This document shows, in pieces, positions 1 through 9,039 of a stretch of 52,124 nt of DNA (the stretch's first letter is position 1; each line of letters opens with the position of its first letter). The notes under the pieces are model-generated. The model saw only the letters and a program-made list of their open reading frames with translations. It searched no databases and was not told the DNA's origin. A program made the position numbers and the translations under genes. This stretch comes from a virus (Duplodnaviria > Caudoviricetes), in IMG/VR virus record IMGVR_UViG_3300036791_000069, positions 1-52,124 of that record. One strand, written 5' to 3'.

Positions 1-127
1 ACTCCGCTTATCGATACGGCGCAACTTAGACGGGCAATCACGTACGTGACGAAGTTCTAAAATGCCATTCTCTATTGCATCTGTTGTTGATGATCCGGCT
101 TTTGCGCAGTCGTTCGCTATCACTCGC
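1..127. repeat. Terminal direct repeat (circular-assembly overlap), copy 1
   Basis: 1-127 is identical to 51998-52124; the ORFs run across the junction. Confidence 0.97.
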
Positions 128-427
128 TCACAAGGTGGACAGTGGAAAGCTGGACGCTGGACCGATGCACAAACGCAAGTGGCGGCATGGGGTTCGATTC
201 AACCACCAAACCCGGAAGAGTTGGAACAGGTTCCCGAAGGTGACAGGGTTCTAGGCTTAATTGCAATTCACACAACCCAAGTAATCTATGAAACGAATGT
301 TGAATTAACCAACGGTATCAGCGATATCGTTACTTGGCACAACTGCAAGTATCGAGTCGTCAAAGTGTACCCTTGGCAGGACTACGGTTACTGGAAAGCG
401 TTAGCAGTACGCATCAGTGGACAATGA
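62..427 (+). CDS. Head-closure / neck protein
   Basis: 121 aa, lies between neck gene and tail terminator; C-terminal 'DIVTWHNCKYRVVKVYPWQDYGYWKALA' is typical of head-closure proteins. Confidence 0.7.
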   Translation: MPFSIASVVDDPAFAQSFAITRSQGGQWKAGRWTDAQTQVAAWGSIQPPNPEELEQVPEGDRVLGLIAIHTTQVIYETNVELTNGISDIVTWHNCKYRVVKVYPWQDYGYWKALAVRISGQ

Positions 428-612
428 CAACACCTATCATGAAATATTTCGCTTACGGGCATTTGCCTAAACATCTTCAATCAATTAGTGAAGCATGTGC
501 AGACCTTGCAAACCAGATGGAAGCTGAATTGCCCGATGGTCCTGAAAAGTCTGCTGGATTAAGGAAACTGCTTGAAGCAAAAGACTGCTTTGTTAGAGCG
601 AAGTTGACATGA
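424..612 (+). CDS. Small helical-hairpin protein, Acb2/Tad1-hairpin-like (candidate anti-defence sponge)
   Basis: ATGA overlap at 424-427 sets the start (62 aa); 'YFAYGHLP..LQ...LA...LPDGPEKSAGLRKLLEAKDCFVRA'. Confidence 0.55.
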   Translation: MTTPIMKYFAYGHLPKHLQSISEACADLANQMEAELPDGPEKSAGLRKLLEAKDCFVRAKLT

Positions 613-1430
613 CCACCACCTATTATCCCAACGGACTTGTACAAACCAGCACTGCACTAACCCCTTATGACATGGATGGAATCTTTCAACTGCTGATCAC
701 GCAGATGCTTGGTATTGCTGCGAATATTAGCTACGTTGCGCAGTTGACTTATGGTTCCAATGTCATTGTTGGCGATTTGATTGTGTTAAACATCTTCGCC
801 GGTTTCTATGTTGTAGGCAACGGCATTCCACCCAACACGGTCATTACTGGACTTTCAGGACAGGGAAGCAATCTCTTAATTGAATTAAGTAATGCTGCTA
901 CGATATCCGGTCAAGAAACAGTTGGCATCTATGATCCAATTTCAAATACTAGGGTGCGCCAATCGTGGCAAACGGCGGGGATGCCAGCGTATACCATCGA
1001 TGACGATGTTGTGTTTGTGCGTTGTATTGAAACGGATACTGATTACAACACGCTTAGGGATGAAGTAGTAACTGGTAATGCTGATGGAACTGGAACGAGA
1101 ACTAGGACTTATTCACGTCTATGGAATGTTTTCATTCGGGCGCGTGGTCCTAACTCGTTCGATTCAATTAGGTTAATAAAATCGGTCTTGCTTGAAGATT
1201 TCCCGCATGATACTTTAGCGGCGACGAACTTATACATGGTGCCAGCTACTTCAACACCTATTCGCGCACCGGAGCTATTTGAAGGACGTTGGTGGGAGCA
1301 AGTAGATTACAACGCCGATTTCTTTGAGCAAGTAACAGAGACCTTTACTATATCCACTGTTAACAAGCTTGAGATTATCGGGTTTGACAAGAGTGGTCAG
1401 ATATTCGATGTAAAGCCGCAATTAAAGTAG
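609..1430 (+). CDS. Tail terminator / neck protein with an inserted beta domain
   Basis: Directly upstream of sheath; C-terminal 'APELFEGRWWEQVD' motif. Confidence 0.65.
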   Translation: MTTTYYPNGLVQTSTALTPYDMDGIFQLLITQMLGIAANISYVAQLTYGSNVIVGDLIVLNIFAGFYVVGNGIPPNTVITGLSGQGSNLLIELSNAATISGQETVGIYDPISNTRVRQSWQTAGMPAYTIDDDVVFVRCIETDTDYNTLRDEVVTGNADGTGTRTRTYSRLWNVFIRARGPNSFDSIRLIKSVLLEDFPHDTLAATNLYMVPATSTPIRAPELFEGRWWEQVDYNADFFEQVTETFTISTVNKLEIIGFDKSGQIFDVKPQLK

Positions 1431-1442
1431 GAGTTTCAGATT

Positions 1443-2837
1443 ATGTCTACAGTTCCCACTCTCCCTCTTGATTACGTTGTTGATGTGACAGTTCAAGTTA
1501 ATCCGCAAGCTGTCCAACCGCCGAAGTTTAATCAACAGTTGATAATTGGCAACAGCACTGCGATTCCATCTTATGGCACATCGCCGCGTTGCCGGTTATA
1601 TCAGGGTGGTATAAGCATCCTGCAAGCCATGCTTGCTGATGGTTTTCTTGTAACCTCTCCGGAATATTTAGGGGCAAGTTTTTATCTGCAACAGCAACCA
1701 ACACCGTTCTACTTGTGGATTGGACGACAAGATGGAACGGCAATTGGCACAATTCAAGTCAACTCAACAAATGGCGGAATTAATTACAAAGTCGGGGATC
1801 AAGTCACAGTTGTTCAAACCGGTGCGTCTCATGCCGTCTTGCAAATCATGACGGTAGATGGTACAGGCAAAGTGACAAGTGTTCAACCTATTTCGCAAGG
1901 TACTGGTTATACGGTTGCCGCTGGTTTGGCTACAACGGGTGGTTCCGGAACTGGATTGCAAGTAGATATCTTGACACTTGGCGAAAGTGCTTTGCAAGCC
2001 GTTCAGGCTTGCCGCATTGCTTCGCCGTTCTGGTATCTGTTTACCGTTCTTAATTCATCCGATGCTGATAACACGGCAATAAGTGAGTGGGCACAAACTG
2101 CTTCGCCGGTATGCCAGAATTTCTTTGTAACAACTGCACCCGCTGTCTTAGTTGGTACTGCTGGCAACATTTTCGACACCTTGATGAAAGGTAACTATAA
2201 CAGGTACATTGGGACGTACATTACAACCCAAACTGGCACTGCACCAAACAACACGTACTTTGCGTGTGCCTTAATGGGAGTGGCAGCGGGGAGAAACACA
2301 GGACTTTCCGGAAGCTATTTCATTCTTCCCTTCAAGAACGTTGTTGGAATGACTGTTGAATCATTGACACCATCGCAATATTCAAACATCACCAATAAGA
2401 ACGGCAACGCGTATATCAGTTATGCGAATACTTACAATTCCCTATCGCCGGGGATCACCGGAAGCGGTCAATATTTTGATCAAATCTTGGGTATTGACAT
2501 GCTGGTGTCTGATTTGCAATACGACATGACGAACACTCTTTACCAGTATCCAGCGGTACCGCAAACGGATGAAGGACAGTCGATCTTGCTTCATTCTGCA
2601 AATGGTTCGTGCGGCAAGTCTGTCAATCGTGGGTTTTTGTCAAGTGGCGTGTGGCAGGGGCAAACGATTCTTAATTTGCAATCTGGAATGTCGATTCCCG
2701 GTTACTTGAATCAGTCTCCATCCTATGCTTCATTGGGTGCGAAACCTGCTAACCGGCAAGCCGCACCTATTTATTGCGCTGTGATCTTGAGTGAAGCTGT
2801 GCAATCGGTTCTTATCGCAATATACGTACAGCAATAA
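1443..2837 (+). CDS. Tail sheath protein (DUF3383-like)
   Basis: 464 aa; N-terminal 'VVDVTV', 'SPEY..A..Y', C-terminal 'VPQTDEG', 'RQAAPIY' motifs. Confidence 0.85.
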   Translation: MSTVPTLPLDYVVDVTVQVNPQAVQPPKFNQQLIIGNSTAIPSYGTSPRCRLYQGGISILQAMLADGFLVTSPEYLGASFYLQQQPTPFYLWIGRQDGTAIGTIQVNSTNGGINYKVGDQVTVVQTGASHAVLQIMTVDGTGKVTSVQPISQGTGYTVAAGLATTGGSGTGLQVDILTLGESALQAVQACRIASPFWYLFTVLNSSDADNTAISEWAQTASPVCQNFFVTTAPAVLVGTAGNIFDTLMKGNYNRYIGTYITTQTGTAPNNTYFACALMGVAAGRNTGLSGSYFILPFKNVVGMTVESLTPSQYSNITNKNGNAYISYANTYNSLSPGITGSGQYFDQILGIDMLVSDLQYDMTNTLYQYPAVPQTDEGQSILLHSANGSCGKSVNRGFLSSGVWQGQTILNLQSGMSIPGYLNQSPSYASLGAKPANRQAAPIYCAVILSEAVQSVLIAIYVQQ

Positions 2838-2849
2838 AAGGGGTGACTT

Positions 2850-3347
2850 ATGGCAACGGTAATTACAAATGCACTTAGTGCGTTTGCCAGCATTTTCAAA
2901 GGCATTGGCACAACTTACAGCTTCAAAGACTTGTCCGGTGCTATTACTTCAACATTGGCCGGGGTATTTCCTTTTGCTGGACAGATCGGTGCAGGACGCA
3001 TCAGCGTTGAGTACATTACGGACCACGGTGCGCTGGATACCGCCGCTGATGGCACAGTGTTGCCATCTTTTGTTGCTGGCAGGGCGGGACGAATCACCAT
3101 TGAAGTACAGCAAACATCGGCATTCCACAAGTATCTTTTGTTTTGGCATAACGTGCATGTGACGATGGCTTCAAGTGGCGATATAAGCAGTTGGGCAGGT
3201 ACTTCTCTTCTCATACGTAATACGCTTGACGGTAGTTCGCATGCAGCATTAGGAGTTATTCCAACTAAGATTCCGGATAAGGCGTATGCCGCTTCACCAA
3301 CGATGATTACATGGACACTTCTATGCAGCAATCTGAACAGTTTGTAG
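2850..3347 (+). CDS. Tail tube protein (DUF3277-like)
   Basis: Follows sheath; 'TYSFKD', 'ADG', 'GRITIEVQQTS'. Confidence 0.8.
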   Translation: MATVITNALSAFASIFKGIGTTYSFKDLSGAITSTLAGVFPFAGQIGAGRISVEYITDHGALDTAADGTVLPSFVAGRAGRITIEVQQTSAFHKYLLFWHNVHVTMASSGDISSWAGTSLLIRNTLDGSSHAALGVIPTKIPDKAYAASPTMITWTLLCSNLNSL

Positions 3348-3793
3348 AAACGAAAGATGTGGTTGTTGGTGGTGCTCGATACCAGATTAGCCGTATGAAC
3401 GCGGCGGTTGGGTCGTGGCTGCTTTTTAAGCTGTTGGACTCGCTTCGGAAGATCATGGAAGGGGTTGAACAGAACGGGCAACAGCCGATGGAGATATCCC
3501 TTGAACAGAAGGAACAAGCGGCGAATGCGTTGGTTCAGGGTATGTTGATGACTCTCGATAAAGACTTGTTTGAACAAGTGCAGCATGAAGCATTAAAGGT
3601 TGTTGGGCAATATACAGCAATTGGTGAGAAAGAAACTGTCTTGCCGGTGCTGATGATGAACGGAACCTTTGCGATTCCTCAATTGAGAAATGACATTGTA
3701 AGTGTGGTTACTCTCACATCGAATGCGCTGTTTTTTAACTTATCCCCTTTTTTCTTAGGGGACGGGTTGAAGGATATATTTCAGCCCAAATAG
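3311..3793 (+). CDS. Tail assembly chaperone
   Basis: Between tube and tape measure; ends with 'NLSPFF' over a slippery sequence; start could be 3323. Confidence 0.7.
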   Translation: MDTSMQQSEQFVETKDVVVGGARYQISRMNAAVGSWLLFKLLDSLRKIMEGVEQNGQQPMEISLEQKEQAANALVQGMLMTLDKDLFEQVQHEALKVVGQYTAIGEKETVLPVLMMNGTFAIPQLRNDIVSVVTLTSNALFFNLSPFFLGDGLKDIFQPK

Positions 3794-3993
3794 GGTTTGA
3801 ATCAATTCCGTTTCCAACGATAGACGCGTTTTTGTATCGTCCGGTACTCGCCGGAATGTGGCGACAACGAGAGGCCAAAGACGGTACTTACTCGTTCATG
3901 GATTTGTTGATTGCTCACGAAATCCTAGACGTTCAAGACGCAAACAAAGCAGCGTATCAGGAATGGGTGAGGCAACAGAATGGCGGACATTAG
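3745..3993 (+). CDS. -1 frameshift extension of the tail assembly chaperone (gpGT-like)
   Basis: -1 frame is open 3739-3993 and encodes 'FLYRPVLAGMWRQREAKDGTYSFMDLLIAHEILDVQDAN'; slippery C CCT TTT / T TTT TTC at 3745-3754. Confidence 0.7.
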   Translation, partial: PFFLRGRVEGYISAQIGFESIPFPTIDAFLYRPVLAGMWRQREAKDGTYSFMDLLIAHEILDVQDANKAAYQEWVRQQNGGH

Positions 3994-5479
3994 AGCACTC
4001 CGAAGTTACCTCGTGAGTTTAGGCTTTAATGTCCACACCACTCAAGCGGCACAATTCAACAACGCAATTAAGACAGCTTCCCAAATAGTTCAAACCAATA
4101 CAAGTGCAATGGTTATGAACATGGGTAAGCTTAGTGTCGCTGCTGTAGGCATGTTTGAAGCTGTTGGCATTGCCGTGGCAGGAATGGCAGATAAGGTTGC
4201 AAGTGCTGATCAATCTTATCGCCTATTCGGACAACGGATGTTTATGGACACTATGCACGCCAAGCAATTGAAGGTTGCCTTGGATGCACTCGGACAGCCG
4301 TTAGACGCTATTGCTTTTGATCCTGAACTACATCGCAGATTTGACGAATTAGCCAATTTACAAAACCGTTTAGGCGGGATGCTTGGACCGGACTTCAAGC
4401 AAACAATGGTTCAACTCCGGGATGCTCAATTTGAATTCACCCGGTTTCGTGTCGAAGCACTCTATTTCCGTGACTTACTGGTGAAACAAATCTTTCAAGC
4501 ACTAGGCGGCGAGAAACTGACGGAGAAACTTCGTAGCTGGAATGAATACATCATTCAACACATTCCGGAATGGTCTCGCATCATCACCACTTACATTGTG
4601 CCGGTGCTCAAAGACGCGTGGATGATTATGAAAGACTTATGGACTGTTACAAAAGACTTCGCACAACTGTGGACGAACATGATTGGAATTTTAAGCGGTG
4701 ATCCGGCACTAGAAGGAACAATATCCTTTGAGAAATTTGCAGCGGCATTATCAAAAGTCGCTCATTTTATGGCAGTGATTATTGATTTTGCTTCGCACTT
4801 CGCCGGTACTCTTGCCGGTGCCTTTCTTGGATTTCAGATCGGTGGACCGATGGGGGCGTTGATTGGTGCCGGGATTGGTGCCGGAACAGATTTAATTAGA
4901 TCAACCTACCATACGGGCAGCGGTGGTGATCAGGATACCGGTGCTGCCAGTCTTGTAGCAGGAACAGCGATGACGGGAGATTCCGACATAAACCGGATGG
5001 TTGGTGCCGTTGCGAGTGTCGAATCTGGTGGACACCAAATCAATCGTTCTGGTGGCACTCTTACAAGTTCCGCTGGTGCTTTGGGAATTATGCAACTCAT
5101 GCCAACAACAGCATGGCAACTTGGTGTTAATCCCAACAACGCAGCAGAGAACGTGCGCGGCGGCAGGATGTATTTGCAGCAACTTTATTCTAAATACGGT
5201 AACTGGCATGATGCGCTAGGTGCCTACAACATGGGACCGGGAAATGTTGATAGGGCGTTGCGTGCTCACCGTGCGTTTCCATCTTCAGTTGAAGGCTACA
5301 TATCGAGTGTTCAGGGACACTACGCCAAAGGTGACAATCCTATTTCCATTGGCCAAATCAACATCATGCAACCGAACGCGACACCAGATCAGATTGTGCA
5401 AGCGGTAAGTGACGGTATCAACAAGCGGGAACAGTTAGCATCGGCAACTCATTTAAATGAATTAAAACCGGCTTATTGA
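3980..5479 (+). CDS. Tape measure protein with C-terminal lytic transglycosylase (SLT) domain
   Basis: 'SYLVSLGF' N-terminus and helical body; SLT motifs 'VESGG', 'AGALGIMQLMPTTA', 'AYNMGPG'. Confidence 0.88.
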   Translation: MADIRALRSYLVSLGFNVHTTQAAQFNNAIKTASQIVQTNTSAMVMNMGKLSVAAVGMFEAVGIAVAGMADKVASADQSYRLFGQRMFMDTMHAKQLKVALDALGQPLDAIAFDPELHRRFDELANLQNRLGGMLGPDFKQTMVQLRDAQFEFTRFRVEALYFRDLLVKQIFQALGGEKLTEKLRSWNEYIIQHIPEWSRIITTYIVPVLKDAWMIMKDLWTVTKDFAQLWTNMIGILSGDPALEGTISFEKFAAALSKVAHFMAVIIDFASHFAGTLAGAFLGFQIGGPMGALIGAGIGAGTDLIRSTYHTGSGGDQDTGAASLVAGTAMTGDSDINRMVGAVASVESGGHQINRSGGTLTSSAGALGIMQLMPTTAWQLGVNPNNAAENVRGGRMYLQQLYSKYGNWHDALGAYNMGPGNVDRALRAHRAFPSSVEGYISSVQGHYAKGDNPISIGQINIMQPNATPDQIVQAVSDGINKREQLASATHLNELKPAY

Positions 5480-6366
5480 ACATGGGTACTCTTCCGCCAA
5501 ATCCGCCTTTCTTGCTTCCGGCAACCAAACAACCGGTTGTTAAGTATGAGTATGTTCCGCCAAATTGGAGCAACCTAAAGCCGTCTTTGTACGCGATTAC
5601 ATTTGCTTCACAAGGATCAATTCAGCAAGGCGCTTTCAATCCGTTTGGTAGTGAGACTGAGAGCAGCGAAACGTTAGTGGTGCAGAGTGCCGATGCTAGG
5701 GCGGGATATAATTCAACACTTCAAATGCATATGTTTGTGTTCGATGCTATCAAGAGGGCGCAACACCATCAGACCGCAGTCATAACCCAACATCCGTTGC
5801 AGACTGGATTTAATATCTCTGATCACGTTGTTATGCAACCGGCACAACTGGTGTTGGAAGTGGCAATGTCGGATGCTATTGCTTCGTTTACTCTCGCTGG
5901 ATACACGCCGATGTGGACTAGCAACCCATCCAAGAGTGTGTCTGCTTACCAGCAAATGGAAGCGTTAATGGTGAATCGCCAGTTGATGACGCTTAACACT
6001 CGACTGGATACTTATACCAACATGATATTAGCGGATATTACTTCAGAGGAAACAGAGAGAACCTACTTCGGCGGATTGGCTATGGTGCTCTCATTCCAAC
6101 AAGTGTTTATTGCCGATGTGTCGTTGTCTTACGAGAGCAGCCGTCCGCAAGCGAGTGGTGACACTCAGAAGGGAGCAGTACAGCCGTTACCACCGTCGAA
6201 GCCTGTAGTGGATCAACACCTTGTAGCAGAATTGAAGCAGAAGTTAGCTGTGAGCACTGTTCTTCAAACCTACGATCCGTTGTCACCGTTGCGTCTTCCG
6301 GGAGCGGTTGCCGATATTCCCGGTGCCGGAACTTACACCAGTGAAATTCTGAAGAGTAATCCATAA
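5476..6366 (+). CDS. Dit-like / tail tube initiator baseplate protein
   Basis: 'ITQHPLQTGFNISDHVVMQP' motif; position after tape measure. Confidence 0.75.
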   Translation: MNMGTLPPNPPFLLPATKQPVVKYEYVPPNWSNLKPSLYAITFASQGSIQQGAFNPFGSETESSETLVVQSADARAGYNSTLQMHMFVFDAIKRAQHHQTAVITQHPLQTGFNISDHVVMQPAQLVLEVAMSDAIASFTLAGYTPMWTSNPSKSVSAYQQMEALMVNRQLMTLNTRLDTYTNMILADITSEETERTYFGGLAMVLSFQQVFIADVSLSYESSRPQASGDTQKGAVQPLPPSKPVVDQHLVAELKQKLAVSTVLQTYDPLSPLRLPGAVADIPGAGTYTSEILKSNP

Positions 6367-6704
6367 TGGATCAAGTTATTACACTGACGAACGAACCAAA
6401 TCAAGGAATGTCAGTGAGTCTTACTGTAAACGAAGCGAGTTTGCAACTCAATTTAAAGTTTCGCTACAACGAAATGATTAACTATTGGGTCGTGGACATA
6501 GCGGATGCTAACAACAACATTGTTTTAAGTGACATTCCGCTGCTAACTGGATACTACCCGGCAGCGAACATCCTTGGGCAATATCAGTATCTTGAAATTG
6601 GAAGTGCTTACGTACTCGACATAAGCAACGATGATGTAAGGGACTATCCAAGTGTTAACGACATAAACACAAGCTTTGTGTTGCTGTGGGGCGATAATGT
6701 CTGA
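6366..6704 (+). CDS. Small baseplate (plug-type) protein
   Basis: 112 aa; 'W..DI.D...IPLLTG...N.LGQY.YL'. Confidence 0.65.
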   Translation: MDQVITLTNEPNQGMSVSLTVNEASLQLNLKFRYNEMINYWVVDIADANNNIVLSDIPLLTGYYPAANILGQYQYLEIGSAYVLDISNDDVRDYPSVNDINTSFVLLWGDNV

Positions 6705-7752
6705 CGTGATACTACCGGAAAGTGGATCACATCCACTTACGATTGCACCACCAACGTTCTCCCATGCCGGAAAGAATTGGGGAAGACGGTGGCGTATCAC
6801 TGTCAAGAGTCGTCAAGCTATCAAATCGCCACTCACGCAGCCGATTGAAACTCAGGCGTTCGTGCAGGTTCCGGCAGTTGAATACGACGAAGTAATGACC
6901 ATTGAACAAAACGGATGGTTGCCGAATGGATTACATATCAAGTTTGATGTAACGCAATCATTGAAAGCACTCTGGTGGTGCGACGTTATTATCTACAACC
7001 TTAACGCGCAGCAATCCCAGACGGTAATTAACTATGGCATGGTGTGCACTGTCGAAGCTGGTTACATAGATGGTGCGTTTGGAACAGTCTTTGAAGGCAC
7101 TGTCTTTCAACCGATGATTGAGAAAGAGCGCGGAGTTGACTGGAAATTGACACTTAGATGCATTGTCGGAATGCTTGAAAATAACGATAACTTCATTGGT
7201 GCAACCGTGCAGGGTGGCAAGACACAACGTCAGCTTGCTGCAAGCATGTTAGGGAGTGCGGTCAATCCTATTTCCTTAAAGTTCGACAGCACTATTACAG
7301 ACAAGCAAGTGACTAGAGCAACTACATACTTTGGTCAGCCAAATGACTTGTTGCAGTATGTGGCAGATTCAAACAATTCTTTGCTTTGGTTCCAGCATGA
7401 GACTGCATACATCTTTGCGCTTAGGGAGCAACCGGATAAGGTACCGGAATGGGAATTCAGTCCTGATAACGGTTTGATTGGAAATCCTGATCAAACGCAA
7501 GAGGGTGCGCAGATAACTGTATTGCTACAGCCGGATTTGAAGTTGTTAGGACAAGTAAAAATTGATGAATCGGTTGTGATTCGGCAGTTTCCTAGACAGA
7601 TTGGAACGTTTCCGATGAATCTTCCCGGTGACAATACTTACATCATTGGGCGAATTCACCATTATGGGGATTCCAGAGGGAACGAGTGGTATTCCGAAAT
7701 TACAGGCTTCTATAACAACGGTTCGATCTTGTCTTTGCGAATTCAGAATTGA
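6697..7752 (+). CDS. Baseplate hub protein
   Basis: ATG at 6697; 'IYNL', 'EAGY', 'GLIGNP', 'GDSRGNEWYS' motifs. Confidence 0.8.
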   Translation: MSDVILPESGSHPLTIAPPTFSHAGKNWGRRWRITVKSRQAIKSPLTQPIETQAFVQVPAVEYDEVMTIEQNGWLPNGLHIKFDVTQSLKALWWCDVIIYNLNAQQSQTVINYGMVCTVEAGYIDGAFGTVFEGTVFQPMIEKERGVDWKLTLRCIVGMLENNDNFIGATVQGGKTQRQLAASMLGSAVNPISLKFDSTITDKQVTRATTYFGQPNDLLQYVADSNNSLLWFQHETAYIFALREQPDKVPEWEFSPDNGLIGNPDQTQEGAQITVLLQPDLKLLGQVKIDESVVIRQFPRQIGTFPMNLPGDNTYIIGRIHHYGDSRGNEWYSEITGFYNNGSILSLRIQN

Positions 7753-7761
7753 GGAAAAACA

Positions 7762-7923
7762 ATGATTACCGTGTTGGCGTCACTCGTTATTTGTATCGCC
7801 GGGTTGATTATCTACTGTTTTAGCAACAATGCGAAGGTTATGGCGGTCTCGCTACATTGCTTCTGGGTTGGGTTGTTGGTGTTTTTGTTAACGTGGCACG
7901 GCGTACTTGCCATTAAGCCTTGA
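7762..7923 (+). CDS. 53-aa two-TM membrane protein (not in the ORF track)
   Basis: GAGGA RBS; MITVLASLVICIAGLIIYCFSNNAKVMAVSLHCFWVGLLVFLLTWHGVLAIKP; fills the hub-spike gap exactly. Confidence 0.7.
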   Translation: MITVLASLVICIAGLIIYCFSNNAKVMAVSLHCFWVGLLVFLLTWHGVLAIKP

Positions 7924-7932
7924 AGGGGAAAT

Positions 7933-8619
7933 ATGGCGACAAATCCTCTTGTTGGGTCTCCATCGGTTGCTGAACGAACAAGTCAGCAATCGATAGTGTT
8001 TAAGACACTGGCAAAACGTATTGCGTCAACGTTGCGTTGTGGGTTGCCGGGGATCATTACTGATTTCAATCCAACGACACAGTACGCCAAGGTGCTATTG
8101 GCGATTAAGGAAAATGTACTTAAAGCAACAGGATTAGTTGTGCCGACACCAATTCCAATTCTTGAAGACGTGTTGGTAATCCTTCCGGGGGATGCTAACT
8201 GGTGTTTGACCTTTCCGTCTTTAGTTAATTCTGAATGCTATGTGTGTTTTGCTGATATGTGCATTAACGAATGGTCAACGTATGGATTTCAGAAGAATAT
8301 CAATGGCAACTGGGTTCCTCGAAATCAAGAGGTTCAGCGGCGGCACGATCTTTCCGATGGTTTCGCAATTCTCGCACCACGAAGTCAGAAGACACGAATT
8401 CCTAACTACTCGACTACGAACGTTGAACTTCGTAGCATGGATGGCAACACAAAACTAGCATTAACGAATTCCGGTACGGTTCTTATGAAGGGAACTGGTT
8501 TAGAGATTGATGGAACAGGGGGAATCATCGTTAAACCGGGAACTACACCATCCAATGCTTGTATCGCCGTTACAATTAATGGAGTTGTTTATTACATTAG
8601 ATTAAGTGCCACACCATGA
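7933..8619 (+). CDS. Baseplate central spike (Gp138-like)
   Basis: 'LPGII..F', 'EC.V.FADMCI..W', 'RRHDLSDGFAI'. Confidence 0.82.
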   Translation: MATNPLVGSPSVAERTSQQSIVFKTLAKRIASTLRCGLPGIITDFNPTTQYAKVLLAIKENVLKATGLVVPTPIPILEDVLVILPGDANWCLTFPSLVNSECYVCFADMCINEWSTYGFQKNINGNWVPRNQEVQRRHDLSDGFAILAPRSQKTRIPNYSTTNVELRSMDGNTKLALTNSGTVLMKGTGLEIDGTGGIIVKPGTTPSNACIAVTINGVVYYIRLSATP

Positions 8620-9032
8620 GCACAGCAGCGATTGTACCAACGATATCGGTCCGGAAGTTGGACGCCAACCATGATCCTATTTATGGGAATGGTACCGTTG
8701 ATTTTTTGAATGATATCAACGCTGTTGCTCAGTTAATCGATACTTCGTTGTTGCTATTGCAAGGGGAGTGGTGGAATAACCTTGCAGCCGGATTGCCACT
8801 CTTTCAGCAGATCATCGGCGTTTCTGGTGTAGGTAATAATCCTCAGATTGCAGCGTTGTTAATTCAACAAACGATCATGCAGGTTCCGTACGTTACTTCA
8901 ATTACTGATGTTTCGTTGATTTACGATTCAATGTCTCGCAGTTTTACATATAGTGCAACGGTCTATACAGCGTTTGGGCAGGTTGTAACAACGTTCATTC
9001 CGGGACGGTCTGCAACTTTGCCAGTTAATTAG
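8616..9032 (+). CDS. Baseplate wedge / sheath initiator protein
   Basis: 'RKLDANHD', 'L.LLQGEWW...GLP'. Confidence 0.75.
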   Translation: MSTAAIVPTISVRKLDANHDPIYGNGTVDFLNDINAVAQLIDTSLLLLQGEWWNNLAAGLPLFQQIIGVSGVGNNPQIAALLIQQTIMQVPYVTSITDVSLIYDSMSRSFTYSATVYTAFGQVVTTFIPGRSATLPVN

Positions 9033-9039
9033 GTGACAG

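Noticed and set aside
1-127. Biological terminal repeat
   Set aside because: 127 nt equals a common assembler k-mer and the junction falls inside genes, so it indicates circular assembly only.
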